A stretch of DNA of 64,000 nucleotides from Tepidisphaerales bacterium. GTDB taxonomy: Bacteria; Planctomycetota; Phycisphaerae; Tepidisphaerales; Tepidisphaeraceae. The position numbers and the translations under genes are program-made. Below are positions 1 through 8,196 of the stretch, one piece after another; the stretch's first letter is position 1; the number at the start of each line of letters is the position of its first letter. The stretch is from contig JBBQNJ010000012.1 in NCBI GenBank assembly GCA_038329845.1, forward strand, positions 1 through 64,000. The letters run 5' to 3'. A model generated the notes under the pieces. That model ran no database searches, was not told the DNA's origin, and saw only the letters and a program-made list of their open reading frames with translations.

Positions 1-227
1 ATTCGCCGCCTGCGTTCGCTTTTCACGGCCCCTGCCCGGCGAGGTCCGATACGGTTGGTAGTGAACCCATCACGACCAGGGCGATACTGCCCGCGCGTGA
101 AGAAGAAACGAATGAAGGAGTACGACCTGATGACCAAGCCCCGTGTGGCATATCGACAACCGCACTATTCGGAAGAGGTTATAGCTTAACCGAATGGCAT
201 TCGCACCCGTCCCCAAATAAGCCTCTC

Positions 228-335
228 GCCACGGCGTAACGACGCAACTTAAGACAAACGGTAGGTCTTTTCCGTATTTCGTGGCGTCGTTGCGGCGTTG
301 CGAGAGAATTTGCTTTTCGGGCCTTCTCCGCCGCC
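228..335. repeat. Copy 1 (inverted orientation) of a ~100-bp hairpin-forming repeat family; the second copy is at 21162-21262.
   Basis: Reverse complement of 228-335 aligns to 21162-21262 (ggcggagaRgRcccgaaaagcaaattctctcgcaacgccgcMacgacgccacgaaatacggaaaa...ttgtcttaMgttgcgtcgt). A 12-bp stem shows a compensatory pair: cacgacgc/gcgtcgtg versus aacgacgc/gcgtcgtt. Confidence 0.6.
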
Positions 336-454
336 ATCGCCTCGGTCTTCATCGGCGTTCATCCGCGTCGATCGGCGGTTCTGTTCGTCCACCATGAACC
401 AGGATGAACAGGATGGTCAGGATAAACAGGATAAACAGGATGGACCGCCGCTTT

Positions 455-968
455 ACGGGGGGAATGTGACATAATTGCGATGTAAGAGTCTGCTATAGAT
501 GGAGTTGCAAGCCACGTCCCCAAATCCCAAATCGTGGTCGCGAAGGGATCGTCCGGTTCGCCCGAAGCGCCCGTTCGCCCGAAGCGCAAGCGAAGGGATC
601 ATCTTGGCGAAGCATCCAAGATAGGCTCCATACCTCGCCTCTGCGTGTCCGCGACACAATAAAGTTGGCCGTTATGAACCCCACCATGCAGATAAATGTG
701 ACAAAATTGTGACACAATAGTCTATAAAACATAGAGTTACACATCACGTCCCCTATTGCCGACCCAAATAGTGGTGCGAAGGGTGTGGGTTAAGGGGATC
801 GGTGGAGGACGCTCGGGGATGATTACAGTAGCCAACTGGGGGAATGTGACATAATTGTGATGTAAACATCTGTGGGAGATAAAGTTGCAAGCCACGTCCC
901 TAAATAGTGGTGTGAAGGGTGTGGATTAAGGGGATCGGTGGAGGAGGATCGGGGAATGATTACAGCAG
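455..968. repeat. Three diverged tandem copies of a ~130-bp unit downstream of sufT. Each carries a TGTGACA-N5/6-TGTGA direct-repeat core and ends with a copy of the last sufT codons (…gattacag).
   Basis: Direct alignment of 455-545, 690-830 and 838-968. Shared blocks: aatgtgacataattgYgatgtaa, gttgcaagccacgtccc, aatagtggtgYgaagggtgtggRttaaggggatcggtggagga, gatgattacag. Confidence 0.7.
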
Positions 969-1595
969 CCCGAGTTGGAGTTGGGCGGCTTCGGACATCA
1001 TGCTGCGGTCCCAGGGGGGGTCCCAGACGAGTTCGACATGGGCGCTGGTCACTTCGGGGATAGCCTGGATGCGCATCTCGACTTCGCCGGGCAGGGTGCC
1101 GGCGACGGGGCAGGCGGGGGCGGTGAGGGTCATCCGCACTTTCACGCTGTTGTCGGGACAGGCCTCGACGCTGTAGATCAGGCCCAGTTCGTAGATATTC
1201 ACTGGGATTTCCGGGTCGTAGACGCTGTGCAGGACCTGGATCACTTTGCCCTCGAGAAGCTTTCGCTCGGGTGAGATCGGTTCGGCGGGCACGCCGATCG
1301 CGGGCGGGGTGCCGGGCGCGGTGGCCGCGTCGGACCCGAGAGGAGCGGCGGACGCGCTGGGCACGCCGGGAGTCGGGGATGCGGCGGGAGTCGGGGATGC
1401 GGCGGGAGCGGGGGGCGCGGGGAGGCGGGGGGAGGGATTCTTTGCCGCGGCGGAGGACATCGCGCTGGCCTCGGCGGCTTTGGCGAGTTGATGGGCTTCG
1501 GCTCGTTCCAAGATTTTCTCCATCCGCTCGGGATGCGGGACGACGGGCAGGGACAGTTTTCGTTGCGACGACGCCGGCGGGGTTGAATCACTCAT
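960..1595 (-). CDS. sufT: DUF59/MIP18-family Fe-S cluster assembly protein (SufT-like) with an Ala/Pro-rich N-terminal extension.
   Basis: C-terminal domain KVIQVLHSVYDPEIPVNIYELGLIY…TLTAPACP is typical of DUF59. ATG overlaps the sufS stop (ATGA) and the gene lies immediately downstream of sufS. Confidence 0.75.
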   Translation of the reverse strand: MSDSTPPASSQRKLSLPVVPHPERMEKILERAEAHQLAKAAEASAMSSAAAKNPSPRLPAPPAPAASPTPAASPTPGVPSASAAPLGSDAATAPGTPPAIGVPAEPISPERKLLEGKVIQVLHSVYDPEIPVNIYELGLIYSVEACPDNSVKVRMTLTAPACPVAGTLPGEVEMRIQAIPEVTSAHVELVWDPPWDRSMMSEAAQLQLGLL

Positions 1596-3436
1596 GGGGT
1601 CGCATCCCCCCGGGCCACTTCGCCGGCCAAGGCGCGGATCCGCTTGACCATGCCCGCCAGGCCGTTGCGGCGCTGGGAGCTGATAAAGGTTTCCAGCCCG
1701 ATCCGCCGGAAGAAGGCCTCGACATCGAACGCCAGCACCTCTCGAGCACTTTGGCCGCTAAACAGTTGCTGCAGGACCGCGATCAGCCCGCGGACGATAT
1801 GGGCATCGGAGTCGGCGATGAACTCGATGGCATCGTCGGTTCCCGGGCGATGCCGGCCGTACATGTGGACGATGCTCATGCAGCCGTGGACGAGGTTGTG
1901 TTCGACCTTCAGGACGCCCGGCATCGCCGGGAGCTTTTCGCCGAGTTCGAGGAGGAACTGATTGCGCTCATCGCGGTCGCCGAGGAATTCGAGGGTATCG
2001 GCGATTTCGTCGGCGGCCTGCCGTACGGTGTCAGCGCTGGGCGCGGGATAGGGGATCGGTTGAACGGAGGAACGATTGGGGTTGCCGGCGGCGGTGGCGG
2101 CGTTGTCGGCCGGCGCGGCGGCGGCGGGGGGTACCGGCCGGGGCCTGGCGGCGGATCGCACGATTCGCTTGAGCGAATCGATCAGGGCATCGACTTCGGC
2201 GGCGGTGTTGTACATCGCCAGCGACGCGCGGATCGTTCCGGACACACCCATCCGCCGCATGACGGGCATGCAGCAGTGATGGCCGGTGCGGACGGCGATG
2301 CCATCGGCGCTGAGCCCCATCCCCGCATCCAGCGATGCAACCGGGGGGTTTTCCAGAACAAACGAAAGGATCCCGCTTTTGTGGGCCGCAGTTCCGATCA
2401 GGCGAAGGCCGGGGATATGGCGCAGCGCCGGGGTGGCGTATTCGAGCAGTTGCTCTTCATGGCGTGCGGCGCGATCGAGGCCGACGGCGCTGACATACTC
2501 GATCGCCGCGGCCAGGCCGACAGCGCCGGCAATGTTGGGGGTGCCGGCCTCGAACTTCGCGGGCAATTCGGCATAGGTGGTCGCGTCGAACGCGACGGTG
2601 GCGATCATGTCCCCGCCGCCCTGCCAGGGGGGCATCGCCTCGAGCAGCTCGCGGCGGCCGTAGAGGACGCCGATGCCGGTCGGGCCGAACAGTTTGTGCC
2701 CGCTGAAGGCGTAGAAATCGCATCCCAGGGCGCGCACGTCGGTGCGATAATGGCCGACCCACTGGGCGCCGTCGATCAGCGTCTTGGCGCCGACATTGTG
2801 AGCCAGGCGAATGATCGTCGCGGCGTCGTTGATGGTTCCGAGGGAGTTGGAGACGTGATTGACCGCCACGAGTTTGACTCGGCCGCTGGCGAGCAACTGG
2901 CGATAGGCATCGAGCAGCAATTCGCCGGCGTCGTTGATCGGAATCACTCGGAGAATCGCGCCGGTTTGCTGGCAGAGCATCTGCCAGGGGACGATGTTGG
3001 AGTGGTGTTCCATCGCCGAGATGACGATTTCGTCACCGGCGCCGAGGTTGGCGCGGCCGAAGGTCTGGGCGAGGAGATTGATCGACTCGGTGGTTCCGCG
3101 GGTAAAGATGATCTCGGCGTCTTCGGCGGCGTTGATGAATCGTCGGACGGCGGCGCGGGCGTGTTCGTAGCGATCGGTGGCGATCTGGCTGAGGGCGTAG
3201 ACGCCGCGATGGATATTGGCGTTTTCGTCGGTGTAGAAGCGGGAGATCGCGTCGATGACGGCGCGCGGTTTTTGCGTGGTGGCGCCGTTGTCGAGGTAGA
3301 CAAGTGGATGGCCGTTCATCCGGGTGGCAAGGATGGGGAAATCGGCGCGGATGGCCGAGACATCGAGCGGCGGCGGCTCGATGGGCGCGGAGATGGATGC
3401 CGGACGATCAAGCGTAATAGTGGGCGTTGCGTTCAC
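1592..3436 (-). CDS. sufS: Cysteine desulfurase SufS fused to a C-terminal SufE sulfur-acceptor domain.
   Basis: Class V aminotransferase/SufS motifs (HHSNIVPWQ, SGHKLFGPTGIGVLYG, RTGHHCC active-site Cys). The C-terminal ~200 aa contain the SufE signature (DRDERNQFLLELGEKLP…VHGCMSIVH). Confidence 0.85.
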   Translation of the reverse strand: MNATPTITLDRPASISAPIEPPPLDVSAIRADFPILATRMNGHPLVYLDNGATTQKPRAVIDAISRFYTDENANIHRGVYALSQIATDRYEHARAAVRRFINAAEDAEIIFTRGTTESINLLAQTFGRANLGAGDEIVISAMEHHSNIVPWQMLCQQTGAILRVIPINDAGELLLDAYRQLLASGRVKLVAVNHVSNSLGTINDAATIIRLAHNVGAKTLIDGAQWVGHYRTDVRALGCDFYAFSGHKLFGPTGIGVLYGRRELLEAMPPWQGGGDMIATVAFDATTYAELPAKFEAGTPNIAGAVGLAAAIEYVSAVGLDRAARHEEQLLEYATPALRHIPGLRLIGTAAHKSGILSFVLENPPVASLDAGMGLSADGIAVRTGHHCCMPVMRRMGVSGTIRASLAMYNTAAEVDALIDSLKRIVRSAARPRPVPPAAAAPADNAATAAGNPNRSSVQPIPYPAPSADTVRQAADEIADTLEFLGDRDERNQFLLELGEKLPAMPGVLKVEHNLVHGCMSIVHMYGRHRPGTDDAIEFIADSDAHIVRGLIAVLQQLFSGQSAREVLAFDVEAFFRRIGLETFISSQRRNGLAGMVKRIRALAGEVARGDATP

Positions 3437-3690
3437 AATGTCACAGTGTAGGGATGTCGGTGCCGAAAAGACGACAGGGGGAGAAGCAGAATATTCCCGG
3501 TGGCGGCGGTGAGCCTGTCGATTCAGGCCAAATTTCGATCGCCGATCGGTCTTGGCGCTTTAAGAACCGGATTTGAAATCTGAAATTGAGATCGATCGGA
3601 CGAGCGCTTCTGGAGGTAAATAGAGCGGCTACCGGAGGAGTGTTTCGGGGGGGGGGCGTGGGTGCGGTTCGAGGGAATATTCTGGATGTC

Positions 3691-3792
3691 TCGAACGCCA
3701 CTCACTTAAGGGCCGAAGTTGGCGAACTCAACTGTATTCTCGGCCGATAAGGCGGCTTTCCCCAGCCTTTTCACGTTAAGTGAATGGCATTC
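3691..3792. mobile_element. MITE-like 102-bp element, copy 1. It has 17-bp terminal inverted repeats GAATGCCATTCACTTAA and is flanked by direct repeats of CTGGATGTC.
   Basis: Reverse complement aligns nearly base-for-base with 18751-18852. Termini gaacgccactcacttaag…cttaagtgaatggcattc. CTGGATGTC is present on both sides. Confidence 0.7.
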
Positions 3793-3883
3793 TGGATGTC
3801 CCCTTTGCCCAAGCGGGCAAAAAAAATCCCCAGCCAGAATGGTTGGGGGTTTGGGGTTACGTCCCATGTTTACAGGGGCGAGG

Positions 3884-4798
3884 TTAATGGCGACGGCAGG
3901 CGACCAGGGCTAGGGCGGCGAGGCCCAGAACGCCAAGCGAGGCCGGTTCGGGGATCACTTCAATGGTGCCGGTGGTGCCGGTGAAGGTGCCGGTGCCGTA
4001 GGTGTTGAGCTGGGCGACGGTGTAGGTGCCGTTGGAGAGGTTGTTGGCGCCGATGCTCAGGGCATCGACGATCCAGTTGTAGGTGTCGACGGCGATGGTC
4101 CCGCCAGCGACATTGAGGGAGGCCGGGGCGTTCCAGTTGCCCTGAATTTGCAGGGTTCCGCCGGTGATCCAGACATCGCCGTTGCCGACGGCACCGGCGT
4201 TGGAGAAGACCAACTTCCCTTTGACCATTTTCCAAGTGCCGGAAAAGGTGTTGGCGGAATTAGCGATGGTGGCGATGGAAGTGTTGTTGCTGGAGTTGAT
4301 AATAAGTTGGGCCGACCCGGTGACCTGGGCGCCAAAATTGAAGTGGCGGTCCTCGCTGGCGTTTCCGGGACTCAGCGTCGAGTCGCTCAGGACGGTGATC
4401 TTGCCGTTGAGGGTCTGGGTTCTTCCAGCCCCGCTGGTAAAGGCGGAGATCATCGCTCCGTCGAGCCGAAGATCGTTCACGGTATTCGTGTACGACTTGT
4501 CATTCGATGACTTCAGCGCCAGCGTGCCCCGGATGGTGAGCGAATCCCCGGCGAAGGTCGAGTTGCCGGCCTCAGGGGTTCGGATGACGTAGGTTGCGGG
4601 GTTGATGTAGTCATTGCCAGACGAAGCGGCCCCGTTGGGATTCCATATGGAAGTCGCGGTCCATCCGGCGGAAACGGCGCTGCCTTGCGACTCATCCTGG
4701 TAGATGGTCGCGGCCGGGGAGGATGGCGCAGTGCCAATAACGAGGGTCGCGCCCAAGGCGCAGGCCAACAGCGAATGCAATCGGCTAAAACGGTCCAT
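3884..4798 (-). CDS. Secreted PEP-CTERM sorting-domain protein with an Asn/Thr/Gly-rich beta-strand repeat body.
   Basis: N-terminal signal peptide. C-terminus VIPEPASLGVLGLAALALVACRRH is PEP motif + TM helix + basic tail. Confidence 0.75.
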   Translation of the reverse strand: MDRFSRLHSLLACALGATLVIGTAPSSPAATIYQDESQGSAVSAGWTATSIWNPNGAASSGNDYINPATYVIRTPEAGNSTFAGDSLTIRGTLALKSSNDKSYTNTVNDLRLDGAMISAFTSGAGRTQTLNGKITVLSDSTLSPGNASEDRHFNFGAQVTGSAQLIINSSNNTSIATIANSANTFSGTWKMVKGKLVFSNAGAVGNGDVWITGGTLQIQGNWNAPASLNVAGGTIAVDTYNWIVDALSIGANNLSNGTYTVAQLNTYGTGTFTGTTGTIEVIPEPASLGVLGLAALALVACRRH

Positions 4799-4997
4799 GA
4801 AAGTCTCCCTGCCCCGGCAAAAATTACAGAACCCTTCGTTTATACCTGAATCTCAGGGATAGTCAACCCAAATTTCGAATATTTTTGGGCAAGAAACCGA
4901 GGGCGGCTCTAGATATGGAAAAATCGCAGTGGTTCACTCGCTTATCGCCGGCGCACCTGCAGGCCCTGCGGTATTTCACATCTCCGTAAATCGCCGT

Positions 4998-5010
4998 TGC
5001 TTATTTCACT
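4998..5010. repeat. 13-bp perfect direct repeat CTTATTTCACTTT, left flank of the fic gene.
   Basis: Identical 13-mer at 6270-6282. Both lie in locally AT-rich DNA bracketing fic. Confidence 0.6.
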
Positions 5011-5073
5011 TTGTGGCTCTTTATCATAATAAGATTCGTGTCCTCCGAAAGATGGGGGGCGGGGGGCGGCGAC

Positions 5074-6225
5074 TTACTCCCCTTCGCGTTGGATGGTTTG
5101 GAGGATTTCCTGCGCCAGGTAAATGCGATTGCGCTTTTGGCCGGTCAATTCGTTGAGAATGCCGGCGGTGAGAAGTTTGTCGATGGCCTTCTGAGCCGAA
5201 CTGAACTGCACATTAAGGATCTGGGCGGCGTGGCTGGTCGTGATGGCCGGATCGATGAAGAGCTGATCCACCAGCGTTGGAAGCAAGGCGGAGGCTCGGG
5301 CGGTGCGCACCCGGCGCTGATATTCGGTTCGCAACAGGTCCAGCTTCTGCACTCGGTCCATCGCATCGGTGGCTTCATGCGCCACGCCGCGGGCGAAGAA
5401 GGTCACCCATTGATTCCACGTCCCGCGCTGGCTGACGTTTAGGAGATGGCGGTAGTATTCGGCACGGTGTCGTTCCAAAAAGGCGCTGGGATTCAGCAGG
5501 GGCACGGGCAACACTTTCTGGGTACCCAGCAGCAGCAGGATGAGTACGCGCCCGATGCGCCCATTGCCATCGGCGAACGGGTGAATGGTTTCAAACTGAT
5601 AGTGGATCATTGCCACGCGGGCCAGAGGCGGCAGAGGGCTGGGTGAACGAATGAATTGTTCCAACTGCTCCATCGCCGGGCCAACTTCGTGCGGCGGGGC
5701 GGGGACAAACGTGGCGTCGGCGATATTGTTCGTGCGTCCGATGTGGGCTTGAACCGAGCGAAAGCGCCCGGGTGTTTTATCTTCCCCGCGTGCATCCTGC
5801 ATCAGAAGCTGGTGCATTTCGCGGATCAGGTCCAGACTGATGGGCCGATGCTGGACCTGTGCCAGGCCCCACTCCAAGGCGCGGAAGTTGTTGTCCACCT
5901 CTCGCACATCGGGGGCACGCTGTTCGGCCGACCGCGTCTGATCGAACAGCACCAGGTCTTTTAGACCGGCGTGGGTTCCCTCGATGCGACTGGACAATTC
6001 CGCTTCGCGGCGCAGGAATGACCGGACCAGCAGCGCGGGATTGGGAAGGCGTTGGCCGACGCCGGCGAGCTGCCCGATCGCCCGATCCGCCGTCGACAGA
6101 GCCGAGACCAGTTCGTCCGACCAGGAAAGCTTGCCCGGCAGCGGAGAGGGGACGAAGCACCAATCGCCGCTGAGATTGCGGACCAGCTCGCCGGACTTGT
6201 CGTCGGTGAAATCAGTGATTTGCAC
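5074..6225 (-). CDS. Fic-family protein (class II, with an intramolecular inhibitory helix) and a C-terminal wHTH-like tail. GTG start.
   Basis: Fic motif HPFADGNGRIGR. Upstream SSRIEG matches the (S/T)xxxE(G/N) inhibitory motif. Confidence 0.85.
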   Translation of the reverse strand: MQITDFTDDKSGELVRNLSGDWCFVPSPLPGKLSWSDELVSALSTADRAIGQLAGVGQRLPNPALLVRSFLRREAELSSRIEGTHAGLKDLVLFDQTRSAEQRAPDVREVDNNFRALEWGLAQVQHRPISLDLIREMHQLLMQDARGEDKTPGRFRSVQAHIGRTNNIADATFVPAPPHEVGPAMEQLEQFIRSPSPLPPLARVAMIHYQFETIHPFADGNGRIGRVLILLLLGTQKVLPVPLLNPSAFLERHRAEYYRHLLNVSQRGTWNQWVTFFARGVAHEATDAMDRVQKLDLLRTEYQRRVRTARASALLPTLVDQLFIDPAITTSHAAQILNVQFSSAQKAIDKLLTAGILNELTGQKRNRIYLAQEILQTIQREGE

Positions 6226-6269
6226 GCGTGGACCTCAGCCCAATTGCACTTGACCGAAATAACGATCTT

Positions 6270-6282
6270 CTTATTTCACTTT
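6270..6282. repeat. 13-bp perfect direct repeat CTTATTTCACTTT, right flank of the fic gene.
   Basis: See 4998-5010. Confidence 0.6.
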
Positions 6283-6383
6283 ATAGCATTTGAGTGTAGT
6301 AAAAGTTTTCTGGGCTGCAAGCGTCACGTCGCAAGTTCGGCCCGTGACATGGCTTGGGAAGTTGCTCGGGTCGTCGCGACGGG

Positions 6384-6965
6384 CTATCGGGAGATTTGAG
6401 GGAAAGCGCCGTCGGGGCGGGCGAGGACTTTCATGATCAGGGGGTCGCCGGGGGTTTGGGGTTCGTAGGCGGCGATGGCCCATCGCATGCCGGCGTGGGC
6501 GGGGGTGGGATCGTAGACGATGTAGCGGACGCTGGGATCGGTGACGCGAAGGCCGACGGGGTCGTAGATGTAGGGCAATCCCGACACCGGACAGGTCAAT
6601 TCGGGCAGAACGGTCTCGCCCGGTTGGGTTGTGGGCAGGGTGGGCAGGTCCGACAGATGCTCGGGCAGTTCGTGTCGCATGGCGTAGTAGAGGAGCAGGC
6701 CGCCGCAGATATCGTGCAGTCGCATGGCGCAGGGGTCGGTATTGGAGAGCTCGGTCGGGGGGGTGGATTTAGCGGGTCGGGGCGGCGTTTTGGGGGCGCA
6801 TCCGGCGGCGATCGACGCCGCGAGCGTCGCCGCGATGATCGTAAGGGCGATTCCTCCCGATCGGCGAGGCGGCTGAGGATCGAGGCATCCCGATCCGCGG
6901 GGCGGGTGAGGATCGAGGCCGCGGGAGCGATGATATTCGGGGCGTTGGGCCACGATGTGAATCAT
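6384..6965 (-). CDS. Hypothetical lipoprotein, last gene of the pseudopilus operon.
   Basis: Hydrophobic stretch followed by lipobox …LAASIAAGC. ATG overlaps the hydrolase stop (ATGA). The longer track ORF 6384..7355 has a Pro/Arg-rich N-terminus judged artefactual. Confidence 0.55.
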   Translation of the reverse strand: MIHIVAQRPEYHRSRGLDPHPPRGSGCLDPQPPRRSGGIALTIIAATLAASIAAGCAPKTPPRPAKSTPPTELSNTDPCAMRLHDICGGLLLYYAMRHELPEHLSDLPTLPTTQPGETVLPELTCPVSGLPYIYDPVGLRVTDPSVRYIVYDPTPAHAGMRWAIAAYEPQTPGDPLIMKVLARPDGAFPQISR

Positions 6966-8050
6966 ACGCGAGGATCGGGGTCGGGGGGAATGAGGGATCG
7001 AATAAAGTCTTCGACGCGGCGGGCGTAGCCCTGGGGGTCGATGGCCAGGCCCATGACGTGGCGAGCGTCCGGGACGGTCCAGGAGATGGCCTGGGCGCAG
7101 TCGGGCGGGCGGGATTGGGCCGCGTCGATCAGGCGCTGGCGGTCGCGGGGGGGAACGAAAGTGTCGAGTTCGGCATGGATCATCAGCAGAGGGCAGGGGA
7201 CGGTGCGCAGCAGGTCTACGGGGCGGACCTGATTGAATCGAACTGCCCAGAGGGACTTGGCCAGGGCCAGGGCGGGTCGAAGAAAGAGCATCCCCGGGGC
7301 TCCGATGGCGTTGGCGTGGGAGATCGCGGCGCTGGGGAAGTCGGGGTAGGGGCATTCGAGGATCAGGGCGGCGATGTCGCGGCGGATGGCGGCGGTCGCC
7401 AGGGCGACGGCAGCGCCGAGGCTCACGCCGAACAGCAGCAGGGTTCGGGTGGATTGCGGGCGCTGGGCGTGAAGCTGGTCGATGACCTGCATGAGGTCCC
7501 AGCGCTCGCAGTCGCCGGCGGTGCAGATCGAGCCGTCGCTTTGGCCGTGGGCTCGCAGGTCGATCGCCAGGACGTTGAATCCCAGGCGATGCATGAGCGG
7601 GGCCCAGGCGATGGCGCCGACTTTGGCGTCGGAGAACCCGTGCAGGAGGATCGCGGTGCGATCGCTCGAGGGCGGTCCAGGTGAGGCGGGGGCCTCAGCC
7701 ACAGTGGCGTGCGGCAGGATCGCGGTGGGATCGCTCGAGGGCGCGGCGGCATGTTCGGGCGCTGAGGCGGGGATCCACCACCCCGCGATATGCAGATAGC
7801 CTCGGGCGGGGGGCGGGATGGCGTGGTCGGGGCAAGGGCCGCGACGATTTTCGATGCGGTATTCGACGGGTTGATAGTCCAGGTCCAGGTCCGCCGGGGA
7901 GAGCCGGCCCAGCAGGGCCAGAGCGCGGCCGTCGCTCATTCGCGGTGGGCGGAGCAGCAGGCGCATTATTCCCGCGACCGCCGCGATCCATGCCAGTGCG
8001 GCGACCGCGAGCAGCACCGCCCCGAGCGAGAGGATTGTCGCGCCGTTCAC
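6962..8050 (-). CDS. Alpha/beta-hydrolase fold protein (esterase/lipase-like) with an N-terminal TM anchor and Pro-rich linker. Contains an internal ~60-bp tandem duplication.
   Basis: HG motif LLHGFSD, nucleophile elbow GVSLG. N-terminal hydrophobic helix. Duplicated peptide SSDPTAILPH / SSDRTAILLH. Confidence 0.75.
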   Translation of the reverse strand: MNGATILSLGAVLLAVAALAWIAAVAGIMRLLLRPPRMSDGRALALLGRLSPADLDLDYQPVEYRIENRRGPCPDHAIPPPARGYLHIAGWWIPASAPEHAAAPSSDPTAILPHATVAEAPASPGPPSSDRTAILLHGFSDAKVGAIAWAPLMHRLGFNVLAIDLRAHGQSDGSICTAGDCERWDLMQVIDQLHAQRPQSTRTLLLFGVSLGAAVALATAAIRRDIAALILECPYPDFPSAAISHANAIGAPGMLFLRPALALAKSLWAVRFNQVRPVDLLRTVPCPLLMIHAELDTFVPPRDRQRLIDAAQSRPPDCAQAISWTVPDARHVMGLAIDPQGYARRVEDFIRSLIPPDPDPRV

Positions 8051-8196
8051 GGTGCGGAGAGTACCGTAAAACGCGGGGCAGCGCCAGGCAGGTCAGTCGA
8101 GGCGAACATCGTCGCGCAGGCGGACATCGTCGCGCAGGCGGGCGTCGTCGGGAAGGAAGTTCAGGGTCGAGTCCGCGCGGGGCAGCGCCAGGTGGG

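Noticed and set aside
100-207. Possible third MITE copy at the window start
   Set aside because: Only a 20-bp match to one terminus (cttaaccgaatggcattcg) is present. The upstream sequence does not align to the element body, so it is a solo end or a chance match.
1271-3451. 726-aa Arg/Gly/Pro-rich ORF on the + strand antisense to sufS, and similar long antisense ORFs (e.g. 19930-21216, 23061-24467, 58245-60218, 12551-13372, 6384-7355 N-terminal part)
   Set aside because: Low-complexity R/P/G-rich translations typical of the opposite strand of high-GC genes. Each overlaps a gene with clear family motifs on the other strand.
3719-3984. Short ORFs 3719-3913 and 3784-3984
   Set aside because: They lie inside or read through the MITE and the 3' end of the PEP-CTERM gene and have no coding signature.
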